A stretch of DNA of 32,000 bases from Pseudoalteromonas translucida KMM 520 (lineage in GTDB: Bacteria > Pseudomonadota > Gammaproteobacteria > Enterobacterales > Alteromonadaceae): positions 330,001 through 362,000 of the forward strand of contig NZ_CP011035.1 of assembly GCF_001465295.1 (NCBI RefSeq), read 5' to 3'. How positions within the stretch are numbered: the stretch's first letter is position 1; each line of letters starts with the position of its first letter. Under the pieces are notes generated by a model, which was given only the letters and a program-made list of their open reading frames with translations, made no database searches and was not told the origin of the DNA. Below, piece after piece: positions 25,014 to 32,000 of the stretch. The translations under genes and the position numbers were made by a program.

Positions 25014-25845
25014 TTAAATCCCAGTTGTAGTCTAAAAATTTCACTTTCATGTCATTATTTTTAAGCGCTTTTTGCTGAGCGGGTATTAATTTAAGTGCAT
25101 CGCTATATTGCAAAAAAAAATGCTGCAAGGTATTTGCTCCGTTAAAGCCTTGTTCAAAGTCATCGCCGTACCATTTAAATATAGCGGAGATATTTAGCGT
25201 GTATTCCTGTGCAAAATTACGTGTTGTATCAGATAAAAAACGGTAAGTTTGCTGTTGTAATTGGCTCTCTAGTTCAGTAGCTGTGAATGCCTCCTCGCGT
25301 AGCGCTGGGCAACCAATACTCGCACAATTTACAGCAAAATGAATGCGTGGATCGTTATATTTACCGCTGCCACGAATTAAACCGTGCTCTATGTCATCAA
25401 GGCTGCGAGTTTTACCCAGTAGTGGCACAAACGCTTTACTCCACGGTGAGCTAAAAAAGCTGCCTAAATCTTTTATTGATTTAAGGTTTGGGTGCTCTTT
25501 ACTGCCAAGGTTTGAAACGATGAGCTCTACGGTAAATGCATTATACGCATTAATTAAAAACGCCAGTTGCTTAGGTTTTTCCCACGCGTCAAACTCGTTT
25601 TTTGTTACAGCACTTAACGAATCTAAATACGTTTTTAGCTGAGTATGATCACGTTTTATGGCAGCGTAATCAACCTCTGTGCTGTGATTATAGTTAATAG
25701 CGACAACATGTTTATTTAGCAATGCATTCCAGCTATCGTGCAGGTTATTAGTCGTACTTTGCGCGTGGCTTGAAAGCGACGTTATAAGCGCCGTCGCAAG
25801 TAATGTCGCACTTAATAATAAAGGCTTTAATGTTGTGTTAAACAT
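25000..25845 (-). CDS. DUF547 domain-containing secreted protein
   Basis: I prefer the ATG at 25845, which is 1 nt after the upstream stop and gives the signal peptide MFNTTLKPLLLSATLLATALITSLSSHA. The track start at 25905 would overlap the upstream gene by 59 nt. The FLINAYNAFTV and HFAVNCAS.GCP motifs are as I remember DUF547. Confidence 0.75.
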   Translation of the reverse strand: MFNTTLKPLLLSATLLATALITSLSSHAQSTTNNLHDSWNALLNKHVVAINYNHSTEVDYAAIKRDHTQLKTYLDSLSAVTKNEFDAWEKPKQLAFLINAYNAFTVELIVSNLGSKEHPNLKSIKDLGSFFSSPWSKAFVPLLGKTRSLDDIEHGLIRGSGKYNDPRIHFAVNCASIGCPALREEAFTATELESQLQQQTYRFLSDTTRNFAQEYTLNISAIFKWYGDDFEQGFNGANTLQHFFLQYSDALKLIPAQQKALKNNDMKVKFLDYNWDLNARQ

Positions 25846-25846
25846 A

Positions 25847-28012
25847 TTAGCCTCGACGCCACGTATGATATTTTTCGAGCAGGTTAAGTACTTTTTCAGG
25901 TGCATGGGCGCGTTTCCACTCGCCTGCAGCGTATTTGTTGCCTTCAGCCCAAGTAGGGTAGCTGTGTATAGTGCCCAGTATTTTATTAAGGCCTAAACCG
26001 TGTTTCATGGCCAGTACAAACTCAGCTATTAAATCACCCGCGTGTTCAGAGACCACGGTTACACCGAGTATTTTGTCTTTGCCTTTGGGGGTAATTACTT
26101 TAATAAAGCCTTTTGTGGCGCTGTCGGTAATTGCGCGATCTAGCTCTTCAAATTCAAAGCGAGTGATTTCAAAATCAATGCCTTTATCAATCGCATCTTG
26201 CTCGTTTAAGCCCACACGTGCTACTTCTGGGTCAATAAAGGTGGTCCATGGAATAACGCGGTAATCTACTTTAAACTTTTTAAAGTTACCAAATAAGCCG
26301 TTTACTGCTGCGTACCAACCCTGATGAGCGGCTACGTGCGTAAATTGATACGGGCCAACAATATCGCCAGCGGCAAAAATATTAGGGTATAGCGTTTCTA
26401 GGTATTCGTTAGTGACTATTGTACGGTTTGTTTCTATGCCTAGCTCTTCAAGGCCGTAACCTTTAAGGCGGGCACTGCGGCCAACGGCGCATAGCAGTTC
26501 GTCGTATTCAATAGCAATTTCTTCATCATTGCCTTCGTTAAGGCGTTTAACAATAATGAATTTTTTACCATCGCGCGCTTCACAGCGTAATGCCTGATGG
26601 GAGGTTAAAATGTTAACGCCGCTTTCAGTTAACGCTTCGTGAGCAAAGGTAGACACTTCAAGATCTTCTTTGATCATGATGCGCTCCGCCATTTCAATTT
26701 GCGTAACGCTTGAACCTAAACGGGCAAAGCTTTGGGCTAATTCGCTGCCAATAGGGCCGCCACCAAGTACTACAAGCTTTTTAGGTGCTTCGTCAAGCGC
26801 TGCAAATTTATCCCATAAGGTATCGCTTGTTACATAACCGGTTTCTTCTATACCGGGGAGTGGCGGTACAAATGGGCGTGCGCCAGTGGCAATTACAATA
26901 GTACGTGCCGTTAATGTTTGTGTGCCGCCATCGTTAAGTTTAATTTCTACCGTCCACGGGTCGATTAATTTGCCGTAGCCTTTTACTACGTCTACGCCTA
27001 AATTAGTGTAGCGCTCTACGCTGTCGTGCGGTGCTATATCGGCAATTACTTTATGTACACGCGCCATTACTTTTTTAAACGAAAACTGCGGTGTCATGTT
27101 TTCTAGGCCGTAGTGTTCACCGTGGCGAATTTGCTCTGCAATTTTAGCGCTTTTAATTATCGCTTTACTTGGAACACAGCCGTAGTTTAAACAGTCGCCG
27201 CCCATTTCGCCCGCTTCAATAAGGGTTACTTTTGCTTTAACCACAGCGGCAATATAACTTGTTACCAAACCACCCGCACCCGCACCAATAACAATCATGT
27301 TACGGTCGAAACTTTTAGGTTTAGTATAGTTTTTGTATACACGACGTTTTTTAAACACGTTTAATATTCCTTTAGCAATAAATGGGAATACGCCCAATAA
27401 AGCGAATGATAAAATTAAGTCCAACGATAAAATGCCCGATAAGCTTTCTATTTGAGCAAGTTGCGTACCCGCATTAACAAATACAAATGTACCGGCTAGC
27501 ATACCCACTTGGCTTACCCAGTAAAAAGTCCACGACTTGATGGCTGTTACGCCCATTAATAAGTTGATTAAAAAAAACGGAAACACCGGCACTAAACGCA
27601 GGGTAAATAAGTAAAAGCCGCCTTCTTTTTCAACGCCTGTATCAATGGCTGCTAAACGCTCAGGAAAGCGCTTTTTAATGGTGTCGCGCAATAAGTAACG
27701 TGATACTAAAAAGGCAAGAGTGGCACCTATGGTTGATGCAAACGATGCAACCAATAAGCCTTCAACTAAGCCAAACAATGCACCCGCTGCAAGGGTTAAA
27801 ATAGCCGCGCCCGGTAAAGACAGTGCCGTAACCACGACGTAGAGTAAAAAGAACCCGCCAATTATTAATAGCGGAGATTGCGCTTTATATTGGCTAAACT
27901 GATCCATCGACCCTTTTAAGCCTTCAAGCGTGAGTAGTTGGTGCAAATTAAAATGAAAGAACAGGCCGATGGCGGCCGCTGCAATCAATAACAAAAGTAT
28001 TTTTTTAATCAT
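25847..28012 (-). CDS. Fusion protein: N-terminal TVP38/TMEM64 (DedA-like) membrane domain plus C-terminal FAD-dependent pyridine nucleotide-disulfide oxidoreductase (mercuric-reductase/lipoamide-dehydrogenase-like)
   Basis: 721 aa. The first roughly 230 aa are polytopic membrane. They are followed by the dinucleotide fold GAGAGG, the redox-active disulfide GGDCLNYGCVPSK, a second GGGPIGSE NAD fold and a C-terminal dimerisation domain with an HxxxxE-like HAGDLIAE. Confidence 0.85.
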   Translation of the reverse strand: MIKKILLLLIAAAAIGLFFHFNLHQLLTLEGLKGSMDQFSQYKAQSPLLIIGGFFLLYVVVTALSLPGAAILTLAAGALFGLVEGLLVASFASTIGATLAFLVSRYLLRDTIKKRFPERLAAIDTGVEKEGGFYLFTLRLVPVFPFFLINLLMGVTAIKSWTFYWVSQVGMLAGTFVFVNAGTQLAQIESLSGILSLDLILSFALLGVFPFIAKGILNVFKKRRVYKNYTKPKSFDRNMIVIGAGAGGLVTSYIAAVVKAKVTLIEAGEMGGDCLNYGCVPSKAIIKSAKIAEQIRHGEHYGLENMTPQFSFKKVMARVHKVIADIAPHDSVERYTNLGVDVVKGYGKLIDPWTVEIKLNDGGTQTLTARTIVIATGARPFVPPLPGIEETGYVTSDTLWDKFAALDEAPKKLVVLGGGPIGSELAQSFARLGSSVTQIEMAERIMIKEDLEVSTFAHEALTESGVNILTSHQALRCEARDGKKFIIVKRLNEGNDEEIAIEYDELLCAVGRSARLKGYGLEELGIETNRTIVTNEYLETLYPNIFAAGDIVGPYQFTHVAAHQGWYAAVNGLFGNFKKFKVDYRVIPWTTFIDPEVARVGLNEQDAIDKGIDFEITRFEFEELDRAITDSATKGFIKVITPKGKDKILGVTVVSEHAGDLIAEFVLAMKHGLGLNKILGTIHSYPTWAEGNKYAAGEWKRAHAPEKVLNLLEKYHTWRRG

Positions 28013-28037
28013 CTTCTCTCTTCTCTAACATTGCAGT

Positions 28038-30398
28038 TTAGAAATTGTGGGTAAGCGTGAGTTTTGCGTTTATTGGTAACTCAGGAAAAGCCAAGGTTGC
28101 ACCAAAATAACCGCCTTCAAATACAGGACGCCAATTTTTTTGATTGGTAACGTTGTTTACATCTAAGCGTAACTTGGTGCTAGGCGTAAAAGCATAGCTA
28201 GTATTTACGTTTAATGTGTACTGATCGCGAATATGTACGGTTGCCAAAAAGTCTAATGGGTAACTCTTTGTATATAGACCTGAAAAACCCGTTTGCCATT
28301 TCGAATTAATTGAATAATTACCGTTAAAGCTAAAAGACTGCTCTGGAATGCCTTGAACTTGGCGGTTTGAAGGTGCAAATGCGGTAAAACTAGGAGCACC
28401 CACACTGGTGCCGGCAATAATATCAGGGCGTGAGTTGTCAAATGCATCGGCTACTTGGGCAGAATCTTGACTACTTGCAGAATTATCGTAGCGGGCGTCA
28501 ATGTAGCTATAGCCTGCGCTTAACCAATACGGGTAGGCATCGTAAAATACTTGGCTTTCAAAACCTGTGGTGCGAATACCGGTATTACTGCCATCGCGGT
28601 TTCGTAAACTGCGGCGTTGGCTAAAAATAGCGCCATCGGCGTACCAATCGCTATTGGTTGGTGCATATTTTAAACCAAATTCAACGAGGGTATTTTCGGT
28701 GGCAAAATTTTGCGCACTAATGGTGTTGTCGCCGCCAAGTGTAGTGCCGCCTGCCATACTATTTGATGTGGCTTCGTTGTAACTTGCTGCGCCATAAGTG
28801 GTGTAATCATCGCTTAGTCGGTAATTAAAACTGACTTGCCCTGAATGCAAATTGTCGTTAATGCTATCGCTGGCGGCAATTTGCCCTACAGGTGCTATTG
28901 GGTCGTTTGCTTCTACGTCATAAAAGTCAACGCGGTAGCCTACACTGGTATGAAACTTACTAGTCCAGTCAGAATCTTGCTGAATAGCCAACCCTGTTTG
29001 CCATGAGCGTGAGTCGGTGGTGTCTGATAAATTAAAGTCGCCGCTGCCGTCGTTATTAATATCGTACTGACCACCTGGCGATACAAATACACCTGGGCGA
29101 AGTTCAACAAAGCGTGCTTGTTGCTCTGCACTTAGCGGTATGCGTCTATTTGAAAGTGGGCCAGTTAAATCTATGGGTAAGTCGGCTTCGGTGGTAAATT
29201 GGCTGTAACCTAATACGCGATTATAGCGTATATCAAAGGCAAAAATAGTGTGTTGGTTGTCACGCCATTGATAGCTGAGCTCGGTCCGGTTTTGCGCGGT
29301 ATCGGCACCGTCTATAATTTCAACAAAGCTGTTTTGTGCAATTTCATCACGTTGTAAATGCTGAAAGTAAGTAATGTTTTTAATTGACGCGTTACTAGAA
29401 AGCTCACGTTTATAAATACTGTGTAGTAAGTAAGTAGTGGCTTCGTTTTGATTGCCTGGGTCGGTCAGTACGGTGCTGCGGTCTATTTTTACTTGCCCGG
29501 TTGGCGAAATAACCGAACCCGCTAAAGGTACAGTACTACCATTTGCTTGCACACCTTGGCCGGTAATATACAGTCCGTCATCTATTAACGCTTGAGTAGG
29601 GCGGTTAATACCGGCGTTATCGGTAAATTCAACTTGGTATAATTCAAAATTAAGATCCCAGCTACTTTTATCATCAGGAAATACACGCAGCGCGGCAAAT
29701 AAGCTGTCGCTTTTTGTACCTGAGTAGTCGTAATAACTGCCGTTATCAATATGCTCTGCACTGACTCTAAAACCTACTTTGTCTTTTACTATGGGGGCGC
29801 TGTAGTCAACCAGTATACGATATTGATCCCATCGTCCTGCCGATAAGCTTGCTTTGCCTTTACTTTCGTCTGTAGCGGCTTTTTTAGAGTGTAAGTTGAC
29901 AAACCCGCCATTGCGTTGGCTTGAGCCAAATAATACCGTTGGCGCACCTTTAACTACATCTATCTGCTCTATAGCGTTGAACGATAACGGCACACCAAAG
30001 CCATTATTGCCCGCTTGGCGACGTGTACCATCTTGAAAAAGCTCACCTAATTGGCCCCTAATTGTTGGTAAACTTGGCGCGCCAAAACCACTGGCTGAAT
30101 AGGTATTGGGGCTTACGGCAAGCACATCTTGTAACGTGGTAATGTTAAGCTGCTCTATTAACTCGCTCGAAATAGGCGTTACCGAACGTGCTATGTCTTT
30201 TAGTGCTAAGTTGTCGCCAAATGGGCCATCTATACTGGCATCTTTAACTGAAAGGCCTTGAGATTTAATAACTTGGCCAGCTACTTCAATGTGCTCTATG
30301 GTGTTATTGGTTGTTACTGTTGAGCTTTGGGCAGCTTGCGCCAGCAGTGGGGTATTTAATACGCTTGCTAACGATAGGGCTAAGTATTGGTATTTCAA
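28038..30398 (-). CDS. TonB-dependent outer-membrane receptor
   Basis: 786 aa with a TTG start and signal peptide MKYQYLALSLASVLNTPLLAQA. A plug domain (IEVVKGAPTVLFG) and a long beta-barrel are present, and it ends in a terminal aromatic residue (...LTHNF). It lies 25 nt upstream of the next gene. Confidence 0.88.
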   Translation of the reverse strand: MKYQYLALSLASVLNTPLLAQAAQSSTVTTNNTIEHIEVAGQVIKSQGLSVKDASIDGPFGDNLALKDIARSVTPISSELIEQLNITTLQDVLAVSPNTYSASGFGAPSLPTIRGQLGELFQDGTRRQAGNNGFGVPLSFNAIEQIDVVKGAPTVLFGSSQRNGGFVNLHSKKAATDESKGKASLSAGRWDQYRILVDYSAPIVKDKVGFRVSAEHIDNGSYYDYSGTKSDSLFAALRVFPDDKSSWDLNFELYQVEFTDNAGINRPTQALIDDGLYITGQGVQANGSTVPLAGSVISPTGQVKIDRSTVLTDPGNQNEATTYLLHSIYKRELSSNASIKNITYFQHLQRDEIAQNSFVEIIDGADTAQNRTELSYQWRDNQHTIFAFDIRYNRVLGYSQFTTEADLPIDLTGPLSNRRIPLSAEQQARFVELRPGVFVSPGGQYDINNDGSGDFNLSDTTDSRSWQTGLAIQQDSDWTSKFHTSVGYRVDFYDVEANDPIAPVGQIAASDSINDNLHSGQVSFNYRLSDDYTTYGAASYNEATSNSMAGGTTLGGDNTISAQNFATENTLVEFGLKYAPTNSDWYADGAIFSQRRSLRNRDGSNTGIRTTGFESQVFYDAYPYWLSAGYSYIDARYDNSASSQDSAQVADAFDNSRPDIIAGTSVGAPSFTAFAPSNRQVQGIPEQSFSFNGNYSINSKWQTGFSGLYTKSYPLDFLATVHIRDQYTLNVNTSYAFTPSTKLRLDVNNVTNQKNWRPVFEGGYFGATLAFPELPINAKLTLTHNF

Positions 30399-30726
30399 GG
30401 GCTTTCTCTTTCTTGTTAATAGTTGATGATGATAAAGACCGAAAGGTGTAAAAATAACTTTCAGTAAAGTTTCGATTCTTTTTATTTTTTAGGACATAAC
30501 AAAACAGCGCGTTTAAAGCGTGCTAATAAAATATTGCCGTTTTCATTTGTAAATAAAATAGCAATAGGGTGGCGATATTACACAGATTATAAATAATTGC
30601 TTTTAAACATGTTTTTAAATTGTAGTCTACTTGCTAGCAGTTAACCTATTATATTTATTAGCTTTTTGTACGGCGTTTAAATACTTAAAATAAGCCGCGC
30701 TTTAACTGTTAATAAGCTAGGTAGGT

Positions 30727-30752
30727 AAGGATAATTAAAAATAATTATCCTT
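30727..30752. promoter_or_regulatory. AT-rich perfect palindrome AAGGATAATTA-AAAA-TAATTATCCTT (Fur-box-like GATAAT/ATTATC arms)
   Basis: The 11-bp arms are perfect. It lies 76 nt upstream of the + gene at 30828 and about 330 nt upstream of the divergent TonB-dependent receptor gene. A T6 run follows on the + strand, but there is no upstream + gene to terminate. Confidence 0.3.
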
Positions 30753-30827
30753 TTTTGAAATAAAAACCAATTTATACGGTCTTGCTAATTTAATAGTTTA
30801 TTAATATTTTTTATTAAAGGAAGTTTT

Positions 30828-31241
30828 ATGACAAACCCAATCAGTGCCGATCTACAAAACCGTGTGCGGTGGTCTTTACTCTCTCTACGTGTGGGTGTTT
30901 TTATTGTAATGATAATGTGGACGCTGGATAAATTTGTGAACCCGGCACATAGCGCCGGTATTTTTGAAAAGTTTTATGGCATTAGTGGGTCAACGGATAT
31001 AGTGGCGTATGTGTTAGGTGCGCTGCAGTTAGTTTTAGTATTAGCATTTTTGGCGGGTATTAAAAAGCGACTTACTTACGGAATCATTTTTGTAATGCAT
31101 GGCTTGTCTACACTTTCATCGTACAACCAGTACATAGATGGCTTTAACAACTTATTATTCTTTACTGCATGGCCAATGTGGGCAGCGTGTTTTGCGTTGT
31201 ATTTACTGCGCGACCAAGACGTAAAATTTACTATAAAATAA
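30828..31241 (+). CDS. Small integral membrane protein (4 predicted TM helices, DoxX-like topology)
   Basis: 137 aa. AAAGGAAG precedes the ATG by 5 nt. Hydrophobic segments occur throughout. The family is not confidently recognised. Confidence 0.65.
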   Translation: MTNPISADLQNRVRWSLLSLRVGVFIVMIMWTLDKFVNPAHSAGIFEKFYGISGSTDIVAYVLGALQLVLVLAFLAGIKKRLTYGIIFVMHGLSTLSSYNQYIDGFNNLLFFTAWPMWAACFALYLLRDQDVKFTIK

Positions 31242-31247
31242 TAAATT

Positions 31248-31280
31248 AAAAAATGGTTATAAGCCGCTTGGCTTATAACC
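31248..31280 (-). terminator. Rho-independent terminator of the hemerythrin gene (possibly bidirectional)
   Basis: GGTTATAAGCC (31255-31265) and GGCTTATAACC (31270-31280) form an 11-bp perfect stem with a 4-nt loop. On the minus strand it is followed by T6 (the complement of the A6 run upstream at 31248-31253). Confidence 0.8.
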
Positions 31281-31339
31281 AAATAGTACACAAGGGAGTG
31301 TATCAAAGTTATAGCGTATAAAGTGGTTACTGCATATAG

Positions 31340-31786
31340 CTAGTGCATTGCATCGTTGTAGTGCTCAGCCAAGCTTTCTTTTTGCCCTTCGGTTAGCGCT
31401 TTGCCCGCTAATTGAAATACTTCGTGCTCTTCTTCATCTAAGTGATGATGCACTAAATGATGGAGTTTTTTAGCCGCAACCAACCACGCTGGTGAACTCC
31501 TATCGGTTTCTTCAAGTTGTTCAATTAATTCATCAATATCATGATGTTCTGCCACACTATGGCGGGCTTTTTCGTGGGTTAGGTCTTCAAACATCAGTGG
31601 ATTATAGAAATATCGCTCTTCAAATTTTGCGTGTTGTTTTAGCTGTGTTTTTAGTTCAAGCATTAATTTTTGACGCTCATCTGTATCACCATGAGTTTGA
31701 ATAAGCGCATCTACTAATTTACGTTGTATGTCATGATCGGCGCGTAGTGCTTCAAAAATATTCATTTTATTTCCTACTTTACTCAT
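31340..31786 (-). CDS. Hemerythrin (HHE cation-binding) domain protein
   Basis: 148 aa. His/Glu-rich helices are spaced as in hemerythrin-like domains (HDIQRKL, HAKFEERYFY, HHDIDELIEQL, HHLVHHHLDEEEHEVF). Confidence 0.85.
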   Translation of the reverse strand: MSKVGNKMNIFEALRADHDIQRKLVDALIQTHGDTDERQKLMLELKTQLKQHAKFEERYFYNPLMFEDLTHEKARHSVAEHHDIDELIEQLEETDRSSPAWLVAAKKLHHLVHHHLDEEEHEVFQLAGKALTEGQKESLAEHYNDAMH

Positions 31787-31910
31787 TGTTTAAATAATAT
31801 GAAGCAAATATAAGGCCATTTTTAATACACTGTAATACAAGGGGTTTTGTTTTTATTACAAAGAGATTATTTGAGAGGTGTGTAAAAATTACTATGAACT
31901 GTATAAAGAT

Positions 31911-31946
31911 AACAACAAAAAGGGCTAATATTGCTACTAGCCCTTT
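31911..31946 (-). terminator. Probable terminator of a minus-strand gene lying beyond the right edge of the window
   Basis: AAAGGGCTA (31919-31927) and TAGCCCTTT (31938-31946) form a 9-bp stem. On the minus strand it is followed by TTTTGTTGTT. Confidence 0.45.
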
Positions 31947-32000
31947 AGTAAAATAACTTACTTATTCATAACCGTATTTAGCTAGCTATTTATTTGCGTC

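Noticed and set aside
25846-25905. Upstream extension of the DUF547 gene (track start at 25905)
   Set aside because: It overlaps the preceding gene by 59 nt and adds a non-signal-like leader. The ATG at 25845 gives a standard signal peptide.
30727-30758. The AT-rich hairpin plus T6, read as a rho-independent terminator
   Set aside because: No plus-strand gene lies upstream of it, since 30399-30726 is ORF-free. It is kept only as a candidate regulatory palindrome.
1-32000. tRNA, rRNA and riboswitch elements, including a cobalamin riboswitch upstream of the TonB-dependent receptor
   Set aside because: I saw no cloverleaf-like or rRNA-like segments. The receptor leader has no B12-box (GCCACTG-like) or other riboswitch core I recognise. 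A covariance-model scan would be needed to exclude these formally.

Overview
The window looks like chromosome from a marine gammaproteobacterium (Alteromonadales-like; this is a guess from gene content and codon style). It has four blocks.

- **1-5035:** the end of a myo-inositol catabolic operon (iolC' C-terminus, iolD, iolE, mmsA/iolA). A decayed IS66-family element follows at about 5090-6295. After it come a LamB-type sugar porin, a PhyH-type Fe(II)/2-oxoglutarate dioxygenase and a LacI-family regulator.
- **10343-13017:** a frameshifted AraC-family regulator, divergent from an NAD-dependent aldehyde dehydrogenase that ends in a strong terminator.
- **About 13054-19753:** a visibly AT-rich accessory island that reads as an integron gene-cassette array with no integrase in the window (CALIN-like).
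  - The cassettes are co-oriented and separated by imperfectly palindromic attC sites of one sequence family, with AAC inverse-core and G|TT core boxes.
  - Cargo is two unknown proteins, a Phd/YefM antitoxin with a 3'-truncated ParE/RelE toxin, and a small zinc-ribbon membrane protein.
  - The array is invaded by two related IS110-family elements that sit exactly 3' of the attC inverse-core AAC (IS1111-attC-like behaviour). One is intact with a 419-aa DEDD transposase. The other is 5'-truncated and is itself split by an intact IS3/IS407-group element with a 4-bp target duplication. Two short IS footprints remain, one at the array terminus.
  - The 237-nt non-coding left end of the intact IS110 element is structured and carries short matches to its own ends and flank. 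This is the pattern expected for a bridge/seek guide RNA.
- **19841-30398:** a nine-gene minus-strand operon of unknown function. In transcription order it encodes a TonB-dependent receptor, a TVP38/DedA-FAD disulfide reductase fusion, a DUF547 protein, a YnjBCD-like ABC importer, a YnjF-like CDP-alcohol phosphatidyltransferase and a fatty-acid hydroxylase. A small membrane protein gene and a hemerythrin gene follow.

I recognised no rRNA, tRNA or CRISPR array.
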